NCBI RefSeq assembly: GCF_046119375.1 | Contig: NW_027362773.1 | Span: 174,530,001 to 174,594,000 of the forward strand | Source: Phyllobates terribilis | Lineage: Eukaryota | Direction: 5' to 3' | DNA length: 64,000 bases | In this document: one piece after another, positions 12,813-23,017 of the stretch | Position numbering within the stretch: the stretch's first letter is position 1 | Layout of the letters: every line of letters starts with the position of its first letter | Translations under genes and position numbers: made by a program | The notes under the pieces: generated by a model | What the model was told of the DNA's origin: nothing | Databases searched by the model: none | What the model saw: the letters and a program-made list of their open reading frames with translations, nothing else

Positions 12813-13165
12813 AAGCCCCACCCTTTAGTATAAGCCCACCCTTTAGTATAAGCCCACCCTTTAGCATAAGCCCCACCCTTCCGTATAAGCCCCACGCTTT
12901 AGCATAAACCCCACCTTTCAGCATAAGCCCCACTCTTCCGTATAAGCCCCACCCTTCAGTATAAGCCCCACCCTTTAGGATAAGCCACACCCTTCAACAT
13001 AAGCCCCACCCTTCAGTATAAGCCCCACCCTTCAGTATAAGCCCCACCCTTTAGGATAAGCCACACCCTTCAACATAAGCCCCACCCTTCAGTATAAGCC
13101 CCACCCTTTAGTATAAGCCACACCCTTCACTATAAACCAAACCCTTCAGCATAAGCCGCACCCTT
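12813..13165. repeat. ~19-bp tandem repeat (agtataagccccacccttc), about 18 copies
   Basis: Read directly. Confidence 0.9.
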
Positions 13166-13193
13166 TGACTAGTGAGTCGCAAAAAGAGTCTGA

Positions 13194-13520
13194 GGCCATG
13201 TTCACACCTTCAGTATTTTGTCAGTATTTTACATCAGTATATGGTCAGTATTTTACATCAGTATACGGTCAGTATTTTACATCAGTATATGGTCAGTATT
13301 TTACATCAGTATACGGTCAGTATTTTACATCAGTATATGGTCAGTATTTTACATCAGTATACGGTCAGTATTTTACATCAGTATACGGTCAGTATTAGAT
13401 CAGTATTTGTAACCAGGAGAGGAACAATCAGAGGAAAAGTATAATAGAAACTCGTCAGCACTGCTGGTTACAAATAATGATGTGAAATCCTGACCACATA
13501 CTGACCGTGTGAACGCGGCC
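13194..13520. mobile_element. Harbinger-type MITE containing a 24-bp tandem repeat (cagtattttacatcagtatatggt, about 7 copies)
   Basis: TIRs ggccatgttcacac / gtgtgaacgcggcc, flanks tga / tta (imperfect TWA). Internal gaggaacaatcagag...taatagaaac is shared with the element at 35547. Confidence 0.7.
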
Positions 13521-13780
13521 TTACTGCCTTCTTCCTGGTGTTCTCTCCTTGGTAAATCTCGGTCACCGTCGCTCTGTTACATTGTTGCGCCTGTGGTTGA
13601 TCCTTCTGTTCAGTAGATTCCACCATCTGATCTCCGATAATGGAGGCGTTGTGGCCGGTATCCGCCTGCAGTCGTCTTCTCTCCGGGTCACGCGCTCGGA
13701 TTTGCTGCGTTTCGCGCTCGCTTTCTGGCAGATTAACATTTCAAAGGTGTAAACGTTTCATCTATAGATTGGTGTAAGTG

Positions 13781-13781
<1 letters not shown>

Positions 13782-13811
<30 letters not shown>
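13782..13811. repeat. (AAT)10 microsatellite
   Basis: Read directly. Confidence 0.95.
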
Positions 13812-13812
<1 letters not shown>

Positions 13813-14127
13813 TTTGCTGTCGCTGAAGACTCTTCATTTCCAAAGTGCTGTCAGCGGTCAATTATGGTTTGAAAGCAAATCGCCGCCGCGGCCAGAATAA
13901 CGCGCCGCTCCACAAGCCTGAAAGTATCCGGACAGATTCCTGGGACAGCGCTGCTGCTCGTGAGAGGAAAAGTGTCGCTGCATCACGGGGATTGGCGCAG
14001 CGGTATGATTTACCCCTCCAATCAGGGCATTGATCTATTGCCTACAATTATGGAAGAAAGTATTTACCCCCCAGATTTTACTTCTAAGTAATCTTATCAC
14101 ACTTTTCACACTGATTGTACCCCTAAA

Positions 14128-16140
14128 AGCAGAGCTGCAGTGTAAAGCATGGATTAGATATGGTAGAGAAGAGCTGCAGTGTAAAGCATGCATTAGAGAA
14201 AGTAGAGCAGAGCTGCAGTGTAAAGCATAGATTAGAGACAGTAGAGCAGAGCTGCAGCATGAAGCATGGATTAGATATGGTAGAGAGGAGCATCAGTGTA
14301 AAGCATAGATTAGGTACAGTAGAGAGGAGCATCAGTGTAAAGCATGGATAAGATACAGTAGACCAGAGCTGCAGTGTAAAGCATGGATTACAGACAGTAA
14401 AATGGAGCTGCAGTGTAAAGCATGGATTAGATAAAGTAGAGAGGAGCTGCAGTGTAAAGCATGGATTAGATACGGTAGAGCAGAACTGCAGTATAAAGCA
14501 TGGATTACAGACAGTAAAGCAGAGCTGCAGTGTAAAGCATGGAGTAGATATGGTAGAGAGGAGATGCAGTGTAAACCATGGATTATATACAGTAGAACAG
14601 AGCTGCAGTATGAAGCATGGATTAGATACAGTAGAAAGGAGCTTCAGTGTAAAGCATGGATTAGGTGCGGTAGAGAGGAGCTGCAGTGTAAAGCATGGAT
14701 TATATACGGTAGAGCAGAGCTGCAGTATGAAGCATGGATTACAGACAGTAGAGCAGAGCGGCAGTGTAAAGCATGGTTTACAGACAGTAGAGCAGAGCTG
14801 CAGTATGAAGCATGGATTAGGTACGGTAGAGAGGAGCTTCAGTGTAAAGCATGGATTATATACGGTAGAGCAGAGCTGCAGTATGAAGCGTGGATTACAG
14901 ACAGTAGAGCAGAGCTGCAGTATGAAGCATGGATTACAGACAGTAGAGCAGAGCTGCAGTATGAAGCGTGGATTACAGACAGTAGAGCAGAGCTGCAGTA
15001 TGAAGCGTGGATTACAGACAGTAGAGCAGAGCTGCAGTATGAAGCGTGGATTACAGACAGTAGAGCAGAGCTGCAGTATGAAGCGTGGATTACAGACAGT
15101 AGAGCAGAGCTGCAGTATGAAGCGTGGATTACAGACTGTAGAGCAGAGCTGCAGTATGAAGCGTGGATTACAGACAGTAGAGCAGAGCTGCAGTATGAAG
15201 CGTGGATTACAGACAGTAGAGCAGAGCTGCAGTATGAAGCGTGGATTACAGACAGTAGAGCAGAGCGGCAGTGTAAAGCATGGATTATATACGGTACAGC
15301 AGAGCTGCAGTATGAAGCGTGGATTACAGACAGTAGAGCAGAGCTGCAGTATGAAGCGTGGATTACAGACAGTAGAGCAGAGCTGCAGTATGAAGCATGG
15401 ATTACAGACAGTAGAGCAGAGCTGCAGTATGAAGCGTGGATTACAGACAGTAGAGCAGAGCTGCAGTATGAAGCGTGGATTACAGACAGTAGAGCAGAGC
15501 TGCAGTATGAAGCGTGGATTACAGACAGTAGAGCAGAGCGGCAGTGTAAAGCATGGATTATATACGGTAGAGCAGAGCTGCAGTATGAAGCATGGATTAC
15601 AGACAGTAGAGCAGAGCTGCAGTATGAAGCGTGGATTACAGACAGTAGAGCAGAGCTGCAGTATGAAGCATGGATTACAGACAGTAGAGCAGAGCTGCAG
15701 TATGAAGCATGGATTACAGACAGTAGAGCAGAGCTGCAGTGTAAAGCATGGATTACAGACAGTAGAGCAGAGCTGCAGTATGAAGCGTGGATTACAGACA
15801 GTAGAGCAGAGCTGCAGTATGAAGCATGGATTACAGACAGTAGAGCAGAGCTGCAGTATGAAGCGTGGATTACAGACAGTAGAGCAGAGCTGCAGTATGA
15901 AGCGTGGATTACAGACAGTAGAGCAGAGCTGCAGTGTAAAGCATGGATTACAGACAGTAGAGCAGAGCTGCAGTATGAAGCGTGGATTACAGACAGTAGA
16001 GCAGAGCTGCAGTATGAAGCATGGATTACAGACAGTAGAGCAGAGCTGCAGTATGAAGCGTGGATTACAGACAGTAGAGCAGAGCTGCAGTATGAAGCAT
16101 GGATTACAGACAGTAGAGCAGAGCTGCAGTGTAAAGCATG
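14128..16140. repeat. 39-bp minisatellite, left part (gagcagagctgcagtatgaagcgtggattacagacagta)
   Basis: 13-residue periodicity in the ORF track; diverged at the left end and homogeneous toward the Gypsy insertion. Confidence 0.97.
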
Positions 16141-17103
16141 TGACGCGCCCCTGGGCCTGTGTCGCGCTGCGTTGCGCACGCGGGAGCTTACCCGGAGCCG
16201 GATCTCTTGAGGGTTGTAGTCTCGTGGCGGTGACCCGGTCCGTGCCCAGGGAGTCAAACTGGACGGCAGTAGATGTAGTACGACTACGCCACCCGTTGAA
16301 TGCAGCTTATGGAGCTGCCGCTGCAGGACAGTCCGCTGAGGCCGGTGGATGGATGGTGCAGCGGGGATGGTATAACCCCCAACGGGAGGGGTATGGCCTC
16401 AGGGCAGCCGACGTGGATGATGGGGGTAGCAGGAACCACTCAGAGACGGTGCGGTGTAATTCAGGGTCTTTACTGGTAACAACGATAGACCCTCCCGGAG
16501 TACTTGCTAGCGAACGGGGCCTGGTCAGTCCTTGAGCAGATGGGATCTCCCCTGGCCAGGCGGAGTTGTAGGCCTCCCAAACTGACTGTACTCTTCTGGC
16601 TACCTTGCTAGAAGCGGATATAAGTAGCCCACGTCCCTGAGTGTACCGTGTGGTGCTCACCCGTATGGCCGGTGACTCGGGGCCTTCTAATGGCTTCCGC
16701 TCCACGATGGCGGTGCTGGTCCCACGCGTGTGACCGTGCCTTCGGGCTTCTGGGCCAGAGGACCTGAAATCCCCTGCCTGACGGATTCTGCTGCTGGGTA
16801 GGAGTTAGTCCCCACAGCCTCGGACTCCGGGTCCGGTAAAGAATCTTCTTAGTCAGGGCGAACTCTGCAGCTGCCAGCCCCTGACTCCTTGTAACTCTGC
16901 TGTTTCCTATGCTGCTTCTTGTCTCCACTCTCCTTGTTTGACTCACTCTGCCTCAGCCCCGGGTTTATATAGGGGAAGTTCTTCCCCTCCCAAGACTGGG
17001 CAGGAGGTGTGGCATGCACAGGATCCCTGACCAAAGGACCTCCCACCTGCTCTCAGACATAACATTACATTACTGTGGAAAACCAGACCCCTGGGGTGCC
17101 ACA
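16141..17103 (-). repeat. Gypsy 3' LTR (963 bp)
   Basis: tgtggcacc...gcgcgtca on the minus strand; PPT aggggggaa at 17104-17112. Confidence 0.96.
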
Positions 17104-17461
17104 TTCCCCCCTAGTGAAATTTAGTACTCCGGGACTAAACACATTTAGAAAAACATAACAAGGCAAAAAACATTAATAATACAATAAGAAAACATATAAA
17201 GATGGTTACGGCGTGTCCGCAACCGGGTGCAGTCTCTGAAAGAAGCAAGGTGTCCATTTCACCAACACAGGGAGACGTAACCAGGTAGGGGTCTGTCCTA
17301 CCCCGAGTCCTTAACAGTCTCTAGTCCATCCTGGGTTACGCTCCAACTATGTACAAGGATTCCCGGTCAATCCACCAAGGTTTCCTAAAAACATCTGGAA
17401 ACACAAAATTATACACAAGCAACAATACACAGATAAACATAAATAAAACTATTTTTACACT

Positions 17462-19276
17462 TCAAATTCTCCAGCGTGCGGGTAACTGGCCTCTAGTGGC
17501 CCTAGTGGACCTACGGAGCTGACTGTCTGGCCCTGAACTACAGGGTGTAGGAGCTGTCAAGGGTAAACTGGGCAGCTGTCTACCGGCTCTTTGTCTCACT
17601 AGGGGTACGGCAGGCTCACTATAAGCAGAGGGTTGATTCTCCTGTTCTACTCGTGTGGAGTCTTCTGCCTCCTGGACCGGCTGTTCTTCCAGCTCTACCC
17701 GTTGCTCCGTTGGTTCTTGGGATGATGGTTGGAGGAAGGTGAGTACGGGTACCACAACTGCACCATTGACTTGAGTCCAAGACCGAGGGAAGTCCCCGAG
17801 CACGGTACTAACCATATCTTCCCTTTCTCCCACGGGTCGATGGTCTTCTTGTTCCTCTTCAGGGTTCCTCAGTTGTTCGGGACACTTCTTCAGGTGGTCC
17901 CGGGACACAATGGCTGTGGTTTCCCCTCCGTCTTTACTGATGGTACAGACCTTCGGGTTCTCGTGGCTTGAGGGCAGTACGGTGTACGGGTCCTTCTCCC
18001 ACTGGTCATCCAACTTGTGGAGCCGTCTTTTCCTCTTCAAGACCTGCTCTCCGGGTACCAGGGGAACAGCGGGAGCATACTGGTTGTAAGTCTTCTCTTG
18101 TCTTTCCCTAGCCTGACAGAGACTTCGCTCCACGCTCTCTTGTACTCTCCGGTACTGCTGCTGCCTCTCTGTGTCCCAGTCTGTTTCTGGTGAAGTGTCC
18201 TCAGGTGTCAGGACTCCCATTTCCAGGTCAACAGGTAACTTACCAGGTCTCGCCCTCATTAGGTAAGCCGGGGTACAGTTGGTGGAACCTACCGGGATGT
18301 GGTTGTATAGGTCCACCAGATCGGGCAACTTCTCAGGCCACAGACTGCGTTCTTCCAGGGGCAATGTTTTTAGAAGATCCATTACCACCTGGTTCATTTT
18401 TTCACAAAGTCCATTAGTTTGCGGATGGTAGGGTGTCGTCCTTATCTTCCGGCAGCCATACAGATTGCAGAATTCCTGGAAGACCTCCGCTTCAAAGGCA
18501 GGTCCCTGGTCCGTCAGCACTTGGTCCGGGTACCCGTGTGGACGGCAGAAGTGCTGCTGGAAGGCTCTAGCTGCTGTTTGAGCCGTTAAGTCCTTGACGG
18601 GGACGACAACCAAGAACTGGGAGTAATGATCCACGATGGTTAACGCGTAGACGTAGCCACTTCTGCTTGGGGTCAGTTTTACATGATCCAAGGCTACCAG
18701 TTCCAACGGTTGCCGGGTGACGATGGACTGCAGGGGAGTCTTCTGGCTGGCCCGGTCCTTCCTTCTCAGATTGCACGGGCCACAGTCTCTGCACCACTTC
18801 TCGATGGTTCCCCTCATGCCTACCCAGTGGAACCGCTCGCGCAGCAGGAACTCCAGCTTTTTCCACCCGAAGTGTCCAGCTCCGTCGTGGTATGCCTCCA
18901 TCACCATGGCTGCGTCTCTTCGTGGCACCACTACTTGCCAGAGTAGTTCATGCGTCCAGGAGTTGACCATTCTGCGGCACAACTTCCCCTTGTAAAGGAA
19001 TAGTCGACTCTTCTCCGCCCATAGTTGTTTGGCTTCCTCCGGAGCGTCTGGTTCAAGGCGAGCCTCCGGCCGAGTCAGCATCTCCTTCACTAGTCGGACG
19101 GCAGGGTCGCTGTCTTGCGTTTCCGCCCAGTTGTAGTGGGGTAAGGGGTTCAACGTAGCAGCCTGCTTACCCCTTACCCGGTGGGAATACTGGATAGTCC
19201 CATGACGGTGGAACGCAGGGAGTTCAACTTCTTCCAGTCCCTCCGGATCTTCTCCTTCGTCCGGCAGGTTGGGCAT
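17462..19276 (-). CDS. pol: Gypsy integrase part of pol, cut off from RT-RH by an in-frame double stop
   Basis: HHCC motif (HDGAGH...CGPC), catalytic core ALDH / DQGPAFE / NGLCE, C-terminal RRSTR...PARW; same frame as 19337-21517. Confidence 0.92.
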   Translation of the reverse strand: MPNLPDEGEDPEGLEEVELPAFHRHGTIQYSHRVRGKQAATLNPLPHYNWAETQDSDPAVRLVKEMLTRPEARLEPDAPEEAKQLWAEKSRLFLYKGKLCRRMVNSWTHELLWQVVVPRRDAAMVMEAYHDGAGHFGWKKLEFLLRERFHWVGMRGTIEKWCRDCGPCNLRRKDRASQKTPLQSIVTRQPLELVALDHVKLTPSRSGYVYALTIVDHYSQFLVVVPVKDLTAQTAARAFQQHFCRPHGYPDQVLTDQGPAFEAEVFQEFCNLYGCRKIRTTPYHPQTNGLCEKMNQVVMDLLKTLPLEERSLWPEKLPDLVDLYNHIPVGSTNCTPAYLMRARPGKLPVDLEMGVLTPEDTSPETDWDTERQQQYRRVQESVERSLCQARERQEKTYNQYAPAVPLVPGEQVLKRKRRLHKLDDQWEKDPYTVLPSSHENPKVCTISKDGGETTAIVSRDHLKKCPEQLRNPEEEQEDHRPVGEREDMVSTVLGDFPRSWTQVNGAVVVPVLTFLQPSSQEPTEQRVELEEQPVQEAEDSTRVEQENQPSAYSEPAVPLVRQRAGRQLPSLPLTAPTPCSSGPDSQLRRSTRATRGQLPARWRI

Positions 19277-19336
19277 CCTGGACAGGGCATCCGCGTTAGT
19301 ATTGGAGCGTCCTGCCCGGTATTTGATTGTGAACTA

Positions 19337-21598
19337 CTAGTTGGACAGACGGGCCATCCACCTCTGCTCCAGGGCACCGAGTCTTGCCGTGTCCAGGTGT
19401 ATCAACGGGTTGTTATCCGTGTATACGGTGAACCGGGAAGAAGCGAGGTAATGCCTAAAGCGCTCGGTGACTGCCCATACCACGGCCAGGAACTCTAACT
19501 TAAATGAGCTGTAATTCTCGGGGTTCCTTTCGGTGGGTCGCAGTTTTCGGCTGGCATAGGAGATTACTCGTTCTCTCCCCTGCTGAATCTGGGACAGTAC
19601 GGCTCCTAGCCCGATGTTACTGGCGTCGGTGTAGAGGATGAAGGGCTGGCTATAGTCCGGGTACGCCAAGATTTCATCCCCCGTGAGGGCCATCTTCAGC
19701 TGGCGGAAGGACTCCTCTTCTAGCTCTTCCCATTTGAAGGGCGGCTTCTGGTTCTTGGCCTTCCGGGACTGGCCTATCAGGAGGTCCTGCATAGGCGCTG
19801 CCTTTTTGGTGAAACCGGGAATAAACCTTCGGTAGTAGCCTACCAACCCTAGGAACTGCCGCACTTCTTTTACGCTGGAGGGGCTTGGCCATCCCTTAAT
19901 TGCGGTGATCTTATCGGGGTCGGGAGCCACTCCGTCAGCGCTCACCACGTGTCCCAGGTATTGCACCTTTGGTTTCAGGAGGTGACACTTGGAGGGTTTC
20001 ACCTTTAGGCCGTAACTCGCCAGAGCTTCGAACACCTCCGCCAGGTGTTTCAGGTGGTCCTCATAAGTTTTGGAGTATACGATGACATCGTCCAGGTACA
20101 ACAGGACCGTCTCAAAGTTTCTGTGGCCCAGACAGCACTCCATTAATCGTTGGAAGGTTCCTGGGGCGTTGCAGAGTCCGAACGGCATGCAGGTGAACTC
20201 GCTAAGTCCCATCGGGGTGGTGAATGCGGTCTTCTCCCGGTCCGCCTCTGCTACAGGAACCTGCCAGTACCCGCTAGTGAGATCCAAGGTAGAGAAGAAG
20301 TTAGCAGATCTTAAAGCAGCCAATGACTCCTCTATCCTTGGTAAGGGGTACGCATCCTTGTGTGTGATACGGTTGATTTTCCGGTAATCTACACACATCC
20401 TCATGGTGTTGTCTTTCTTTTTGACTAAAACTAGTGGGGCTGCCCAGGGGCTACAGCTATCCCGGATTACCCCAGCCTCCTTCATGTCTCGAAGCATCCC
20501 CTTGGCGTGTTGGTAGTGTGCAGGGGGTACGGGTCGATACCTCTCTTTTATGGGAGGATGATCTCCCGTGGGGATGTGGTGTTCTACCCCCTTGACCCGC
20601 CCAAAGTCTAACGGGTGTTTACTAAACACTCTCTCATACTCTTGAACCACCCGATAGACTCCTTGTTTCTGATGTGAGGGAGTGGAATCAGTACCCAAAT
20701 GTAGTTGCTGACACCAGTCCTCCATGTCTTTCTTAGAGCCGTTACCTTCCTCCGGGTGAGATGGAGGCAAGGGTTCCACAGATTGTATAGAATTTTGATT
20801 AGTGGTATATAATTTGGCTAGCGTGGCATACCGGGGCAGGTACACTTCCCTCTCCCCGATATTTATTATGCGAATGGGCACCCTCCCATGGCGTACATTG
20901 ACCACCCCCCGTGCTGTCAAAATGGTGGGCCTACTGTCTGAGTAAACTGGTTCCACCATTGCCTGGTAATCTCTTCCTCTCAGACCAATAGCTGCCCGGC
21001 ACCAAATCATCATTTCACTTTTTGGGGGCATGGCAATAGGAAAAGGGTCACACATTCTTACGCTACCAATCTCACCGCCGGAGAGTTCCACTTGTTGCCG
21101 TTGCATCAGTGCCCGGATCTCTTTCTGGAGCACCCGCTGCTCGCCGGAGCTGGCGTTCTTGGCAACCTGCTGTAAAAGGAAAATCACCTCTGCAAGACAA
21201 TTTTCAATTACGTTAGTTCCCAGAGTTATTTTTGGGTGACTCTCATGTTTATCAATATCTACAATGATCAGTCCCTGTGCGGCCAGTTCGACTCTACCGA
21301 TTTTGAGGGCCACCTCTTTAAATCCGATCTGTGGCACGGGCTGGCCATTGCTGGCGATGATACTCAAGTCGTCGTCAGGGTAGTGGGTAATATCCGAGTC
21401 ATTCCAGTACTGCTTGAAGAGCACGTACGGGATGGTGGTGACCTGTGACCCGGTATCCAGTAGGGCACTCATGGGAATGCCATCCAGTACCACAGGCAAG
21501 ACTGGACGTCCTCCCACATATCTGTCGCGCCAGTTCGATGGGCCTGGTGATCTTTTTCCTGGGGGTTGGCCCTCTACCCCAGGTTGTGCCCGTTTAAA
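19337..21598 (-). CDS. pol: Gypsy pol: protease, RT, RNase H (entered by -1 frameshift from gag)
   Basis: LLDTGSQ, CVDYRKIN, LDLTSGYWQ, MPFGL, YLDD, YTDAS, YTDNNPL; ends at TAG TAG (19339-19334). Confidence 0.95.
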   Translation of the reverse strand, partial: FKRAQPGVEGQPPGKRSPGPSNWRDRYVGGRPVLPVVLDGIPMSALLDTGSQVTTIPYVLFKQYWNDSDITHYPDDDLSIIASNGQPVPQIGFKEVALKIGRVELAAQGLIIVDIDKHESHPKITLGTNVIENCLAEVIFLLQQVAKNASSGEQRVLQKEIRALMQRQQVELSGGEIGSVRMCDPFPIAMPPKSEMMIWCRAAIGLRGRDYQAMVEPVYSDSRPTILTARGVVNVRHGRVPIRIINIGEREVYLPRYATLAKLYTTNQNSIQSVEPLPPSHPEEGNGSKKDMEDWCQQLHLGTDSTPSHQKQGVYRVVQEYERVFSKHPLDFGRVKGVEHHIPTGDHPPIKERYRPVPPAHYQHAKGMLRDMKEAGVIRDSCSPWAAPLVLVKKKDNTMRMCVDYRKINRITHKDAYPLPRIEESLAALRSANFFSTLDLTSGYWQVPVAEADREKTAFTTPMGLSEFTCMPFGLCNAPGTFQRLMECCLGHRNFETVLLYLDDVIVYSKTYEDHLKHLAEVFEALASYGLKVKPSKCHLLKPKVQYLGHVVSADGVAPDPDKITAIKGWPSPSSVKEVRQFLGLVGYYRRFIPGFTKKAAPMQDLLIGQSRKAKNQKPPFKWEELEEESFRQLKMALTGDEILAYPDYSQPFILYTDASNIGLGAVLSQIQQGRERVISYASRKLRPTERNPENYSSFKLEFLAVVWAVTERFRHYLASSRFTVYTDNNPLIHLDTARLGALEQRWMARLSN
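21540..21598 (-). promoter_or_regulatory. -1 ribosomal frameshift signal: U-UUA-AAC followed by a predicted H-type pseudoknot
   Basis: Heptamer at 21598-21592, 8-nt spacer, stem cctgggg/ccccagg, loop gggcc pairing with downstream ggccc; the -1 frame is the pol frame. Confidence 0.75.
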
Positions 21599-22554
21599 GA
21601 ACAGTACCTTTCCATATGTCCGGATTGATTGCAGCGGCGGCAGATGGGTCGTCCGTCCTCGCTGTATCGGTCACTGGGTCTTCCTCTGGCCGGTGGGGTC
21701 CTCCTTGGTCGACGCCACGGGATGTCCTCCGGTCCGGATGCCAGCTGGATCTTCCCTGGGGTGGAAACCTGTAAAGACTGCACAGTTCGGGTTAGCGCAG
21801 CAACGCTCTTAGCTAGCTCTTGGACCTGATGGTGTAGGTCTGGAGCCGGGTCATTGTCCAAAGCCTGCGCATCAGCTCCCACAGGCCCTGCTGACAAGGG
21901 CGCCGCCTCCTGGTAGTAAGTGGTAGTGGGGCGTCTGTGGGTCACAACGCCACCTGGTGCCGGTTCTCGGAGCACCCGGATGGCTCTGTCCTTGAACTGT
22001 GCAAAGTCCAGATGGGGATCCTGTAAGGCCATTGCCCGCAACTGGGTTCGGTGGGCATTGCAATATAAACCCTCTATAAATTGTTCAGTCAACAGCCTGT
22101 CCTCGTTTCCCACCCCATCAGGGTCGGTCTGCTTTATGGCCCTCAGGGCCTCTTGTAGGTTTAGTGCATAGTCCCTTATACTCTCATGCGCTCGCTGCTT
22201 GCACCCGTAGAATCTAAGCTTAATCTCGGCTGAGGTGCGGGTATCAAAGGTGTCCTTCAGCCGGGTTAGTATCCCTGCGACAGTCTTCCTCCCAGGTGGC
22301 CAGGATTTTACTTCCCTTTTGGCTGCCCCGGTTAGTTGGGCCACCAGGATGCTCACTTTTTGCTCTTCTGTGAGGGGGTACACCTGGAAGAGGCTATCCA
22401 GCTTTTCTCTAAAGTCATGCAGGGTATGTGACTCCCCTGAGTACTGGGGTAGCCAGGCTGCTCCCGGGATATAGGGCATGGTGAAGGGCATAACTGCAGC
22501 AGCGGTAGCGCTGGCGGGGGTTGGGGCAGTGAAGCTCTCCTCCGTATCCGACAT
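21574..22554 (-). CDS. gag: Gypsy Gag (326 aa)
   Basis: Capsid-like KQRAHESIRDYALNL and EQFIEGL; CCHC knuckle CRRCNQSGHMERYC; position between leader and pol. Confidence 0.93.
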   Translation of the reverse strand: MSDTEESFTAPTPASATAAAVMPFTMPYIPGAAWLPQYSGESHTLHDFREKLDSLFQVYPLTEEQKVSILVAQLTGAAKREVKSWPPGRKTVAGILTRLKDTFDTRTSAEIKLRFYGCKQRAHESIRDYALNLQEALRAIKQTDPDGVGNEDRLLTEQFIEGLYCNAHRTQLRAMALQDPHLDFAQFKDRAIRVLREPAPGGVVTHRRPTTTYYQEAAPLSAGPVGADAQALDNDPAPDLHHQVQELAKSVAALTRTVQSLQVSTPGKIQLASGPEDIPWRRPRRTPPARGRPSDRYSEDGRPICRRCNQSGHMERYCSLNGHNLG

Positions 22555-22995
22555 CTTCCTCCCCCCTAGTGGACCGTGGCCTACCTTGCGATGATCCTCT
22601 TCCGTAGGCCGCGGCTCCGCAGTGGATCGTCAGGGTTGAGGACCTTCCGTCGCGCTCCTGTGACGTCGGCGTCTGCTGGGCTCCTTCCAGGACCTTACGC
22701 AACGTCCGGACGTGAGGCGGGGCTTCAGTTCTCGCGCGCTTTCAGAGTCCACGCCCCTCTTCTTCCCGCGCGGCGTCCCCAAGATGGCGTCCAACGGCGG
22801 GAAAACTCCACGGATGGCGGGAAGAAGGCCGAAGATGGCGCCGGATGGCGGGAAACTTCACCGATGGCGGGAAGAAGGTAGAAGATGGCGCCGGATGGCG
22901 GGAAACCTCCACGGATAGCGGGAATCTTCACCACTGGTAAGTTTGAACAGTCTTTGCTTTTCAGGCACGCAGTACCCGGTGGTTGCGGGCACGAG

Positions 22996-23013
22996 ATCCT
23001 GCCGACTACGCCA
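22996..23013 (-). promoter_or_regulatory. Primer-binding site, tRNA-Ser (TGGCGTAGTCGGCAGGAT)
   Basis: 18-nt complement of the vertebrate tRNA-Ser 3' end as I recall it (...ATCCTGCCGACTACG-CCA), 4 nt from the LTR. Confidence 0.9.
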
Positions 23014-23017
23014 AAGT

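Noticed and set aside
14550-16535. Long ORFs of 661, 548 and 472 aa, and 359/370 aa at 23891-25059
   Set aside because: Translations of the stop-poor 39-bp satellite in several frames and on both strands; no domain content.
16307-16705. 132-aa ORF duplicated at 23184-23582, and short ORFs inside the CSD LTRs
   Set aside because: They lie within LTRs; identity reflects LTR duplication and there are no recognisable domains.
17462-17760. Chromodomain or env-like ORF after the Gypsy integrase
   Set aside because: The tail is low-complexity Glu/Gln/Pro ending RRSTR...PARW; no chromo motif and no extra ORF before the PPT.
22996-23013. tRNA-Ser-like sequence as a tRNA gene
   Set aside because: Only the 3' 18 nt including CCA are present, next to an LTR; it is a PBS.
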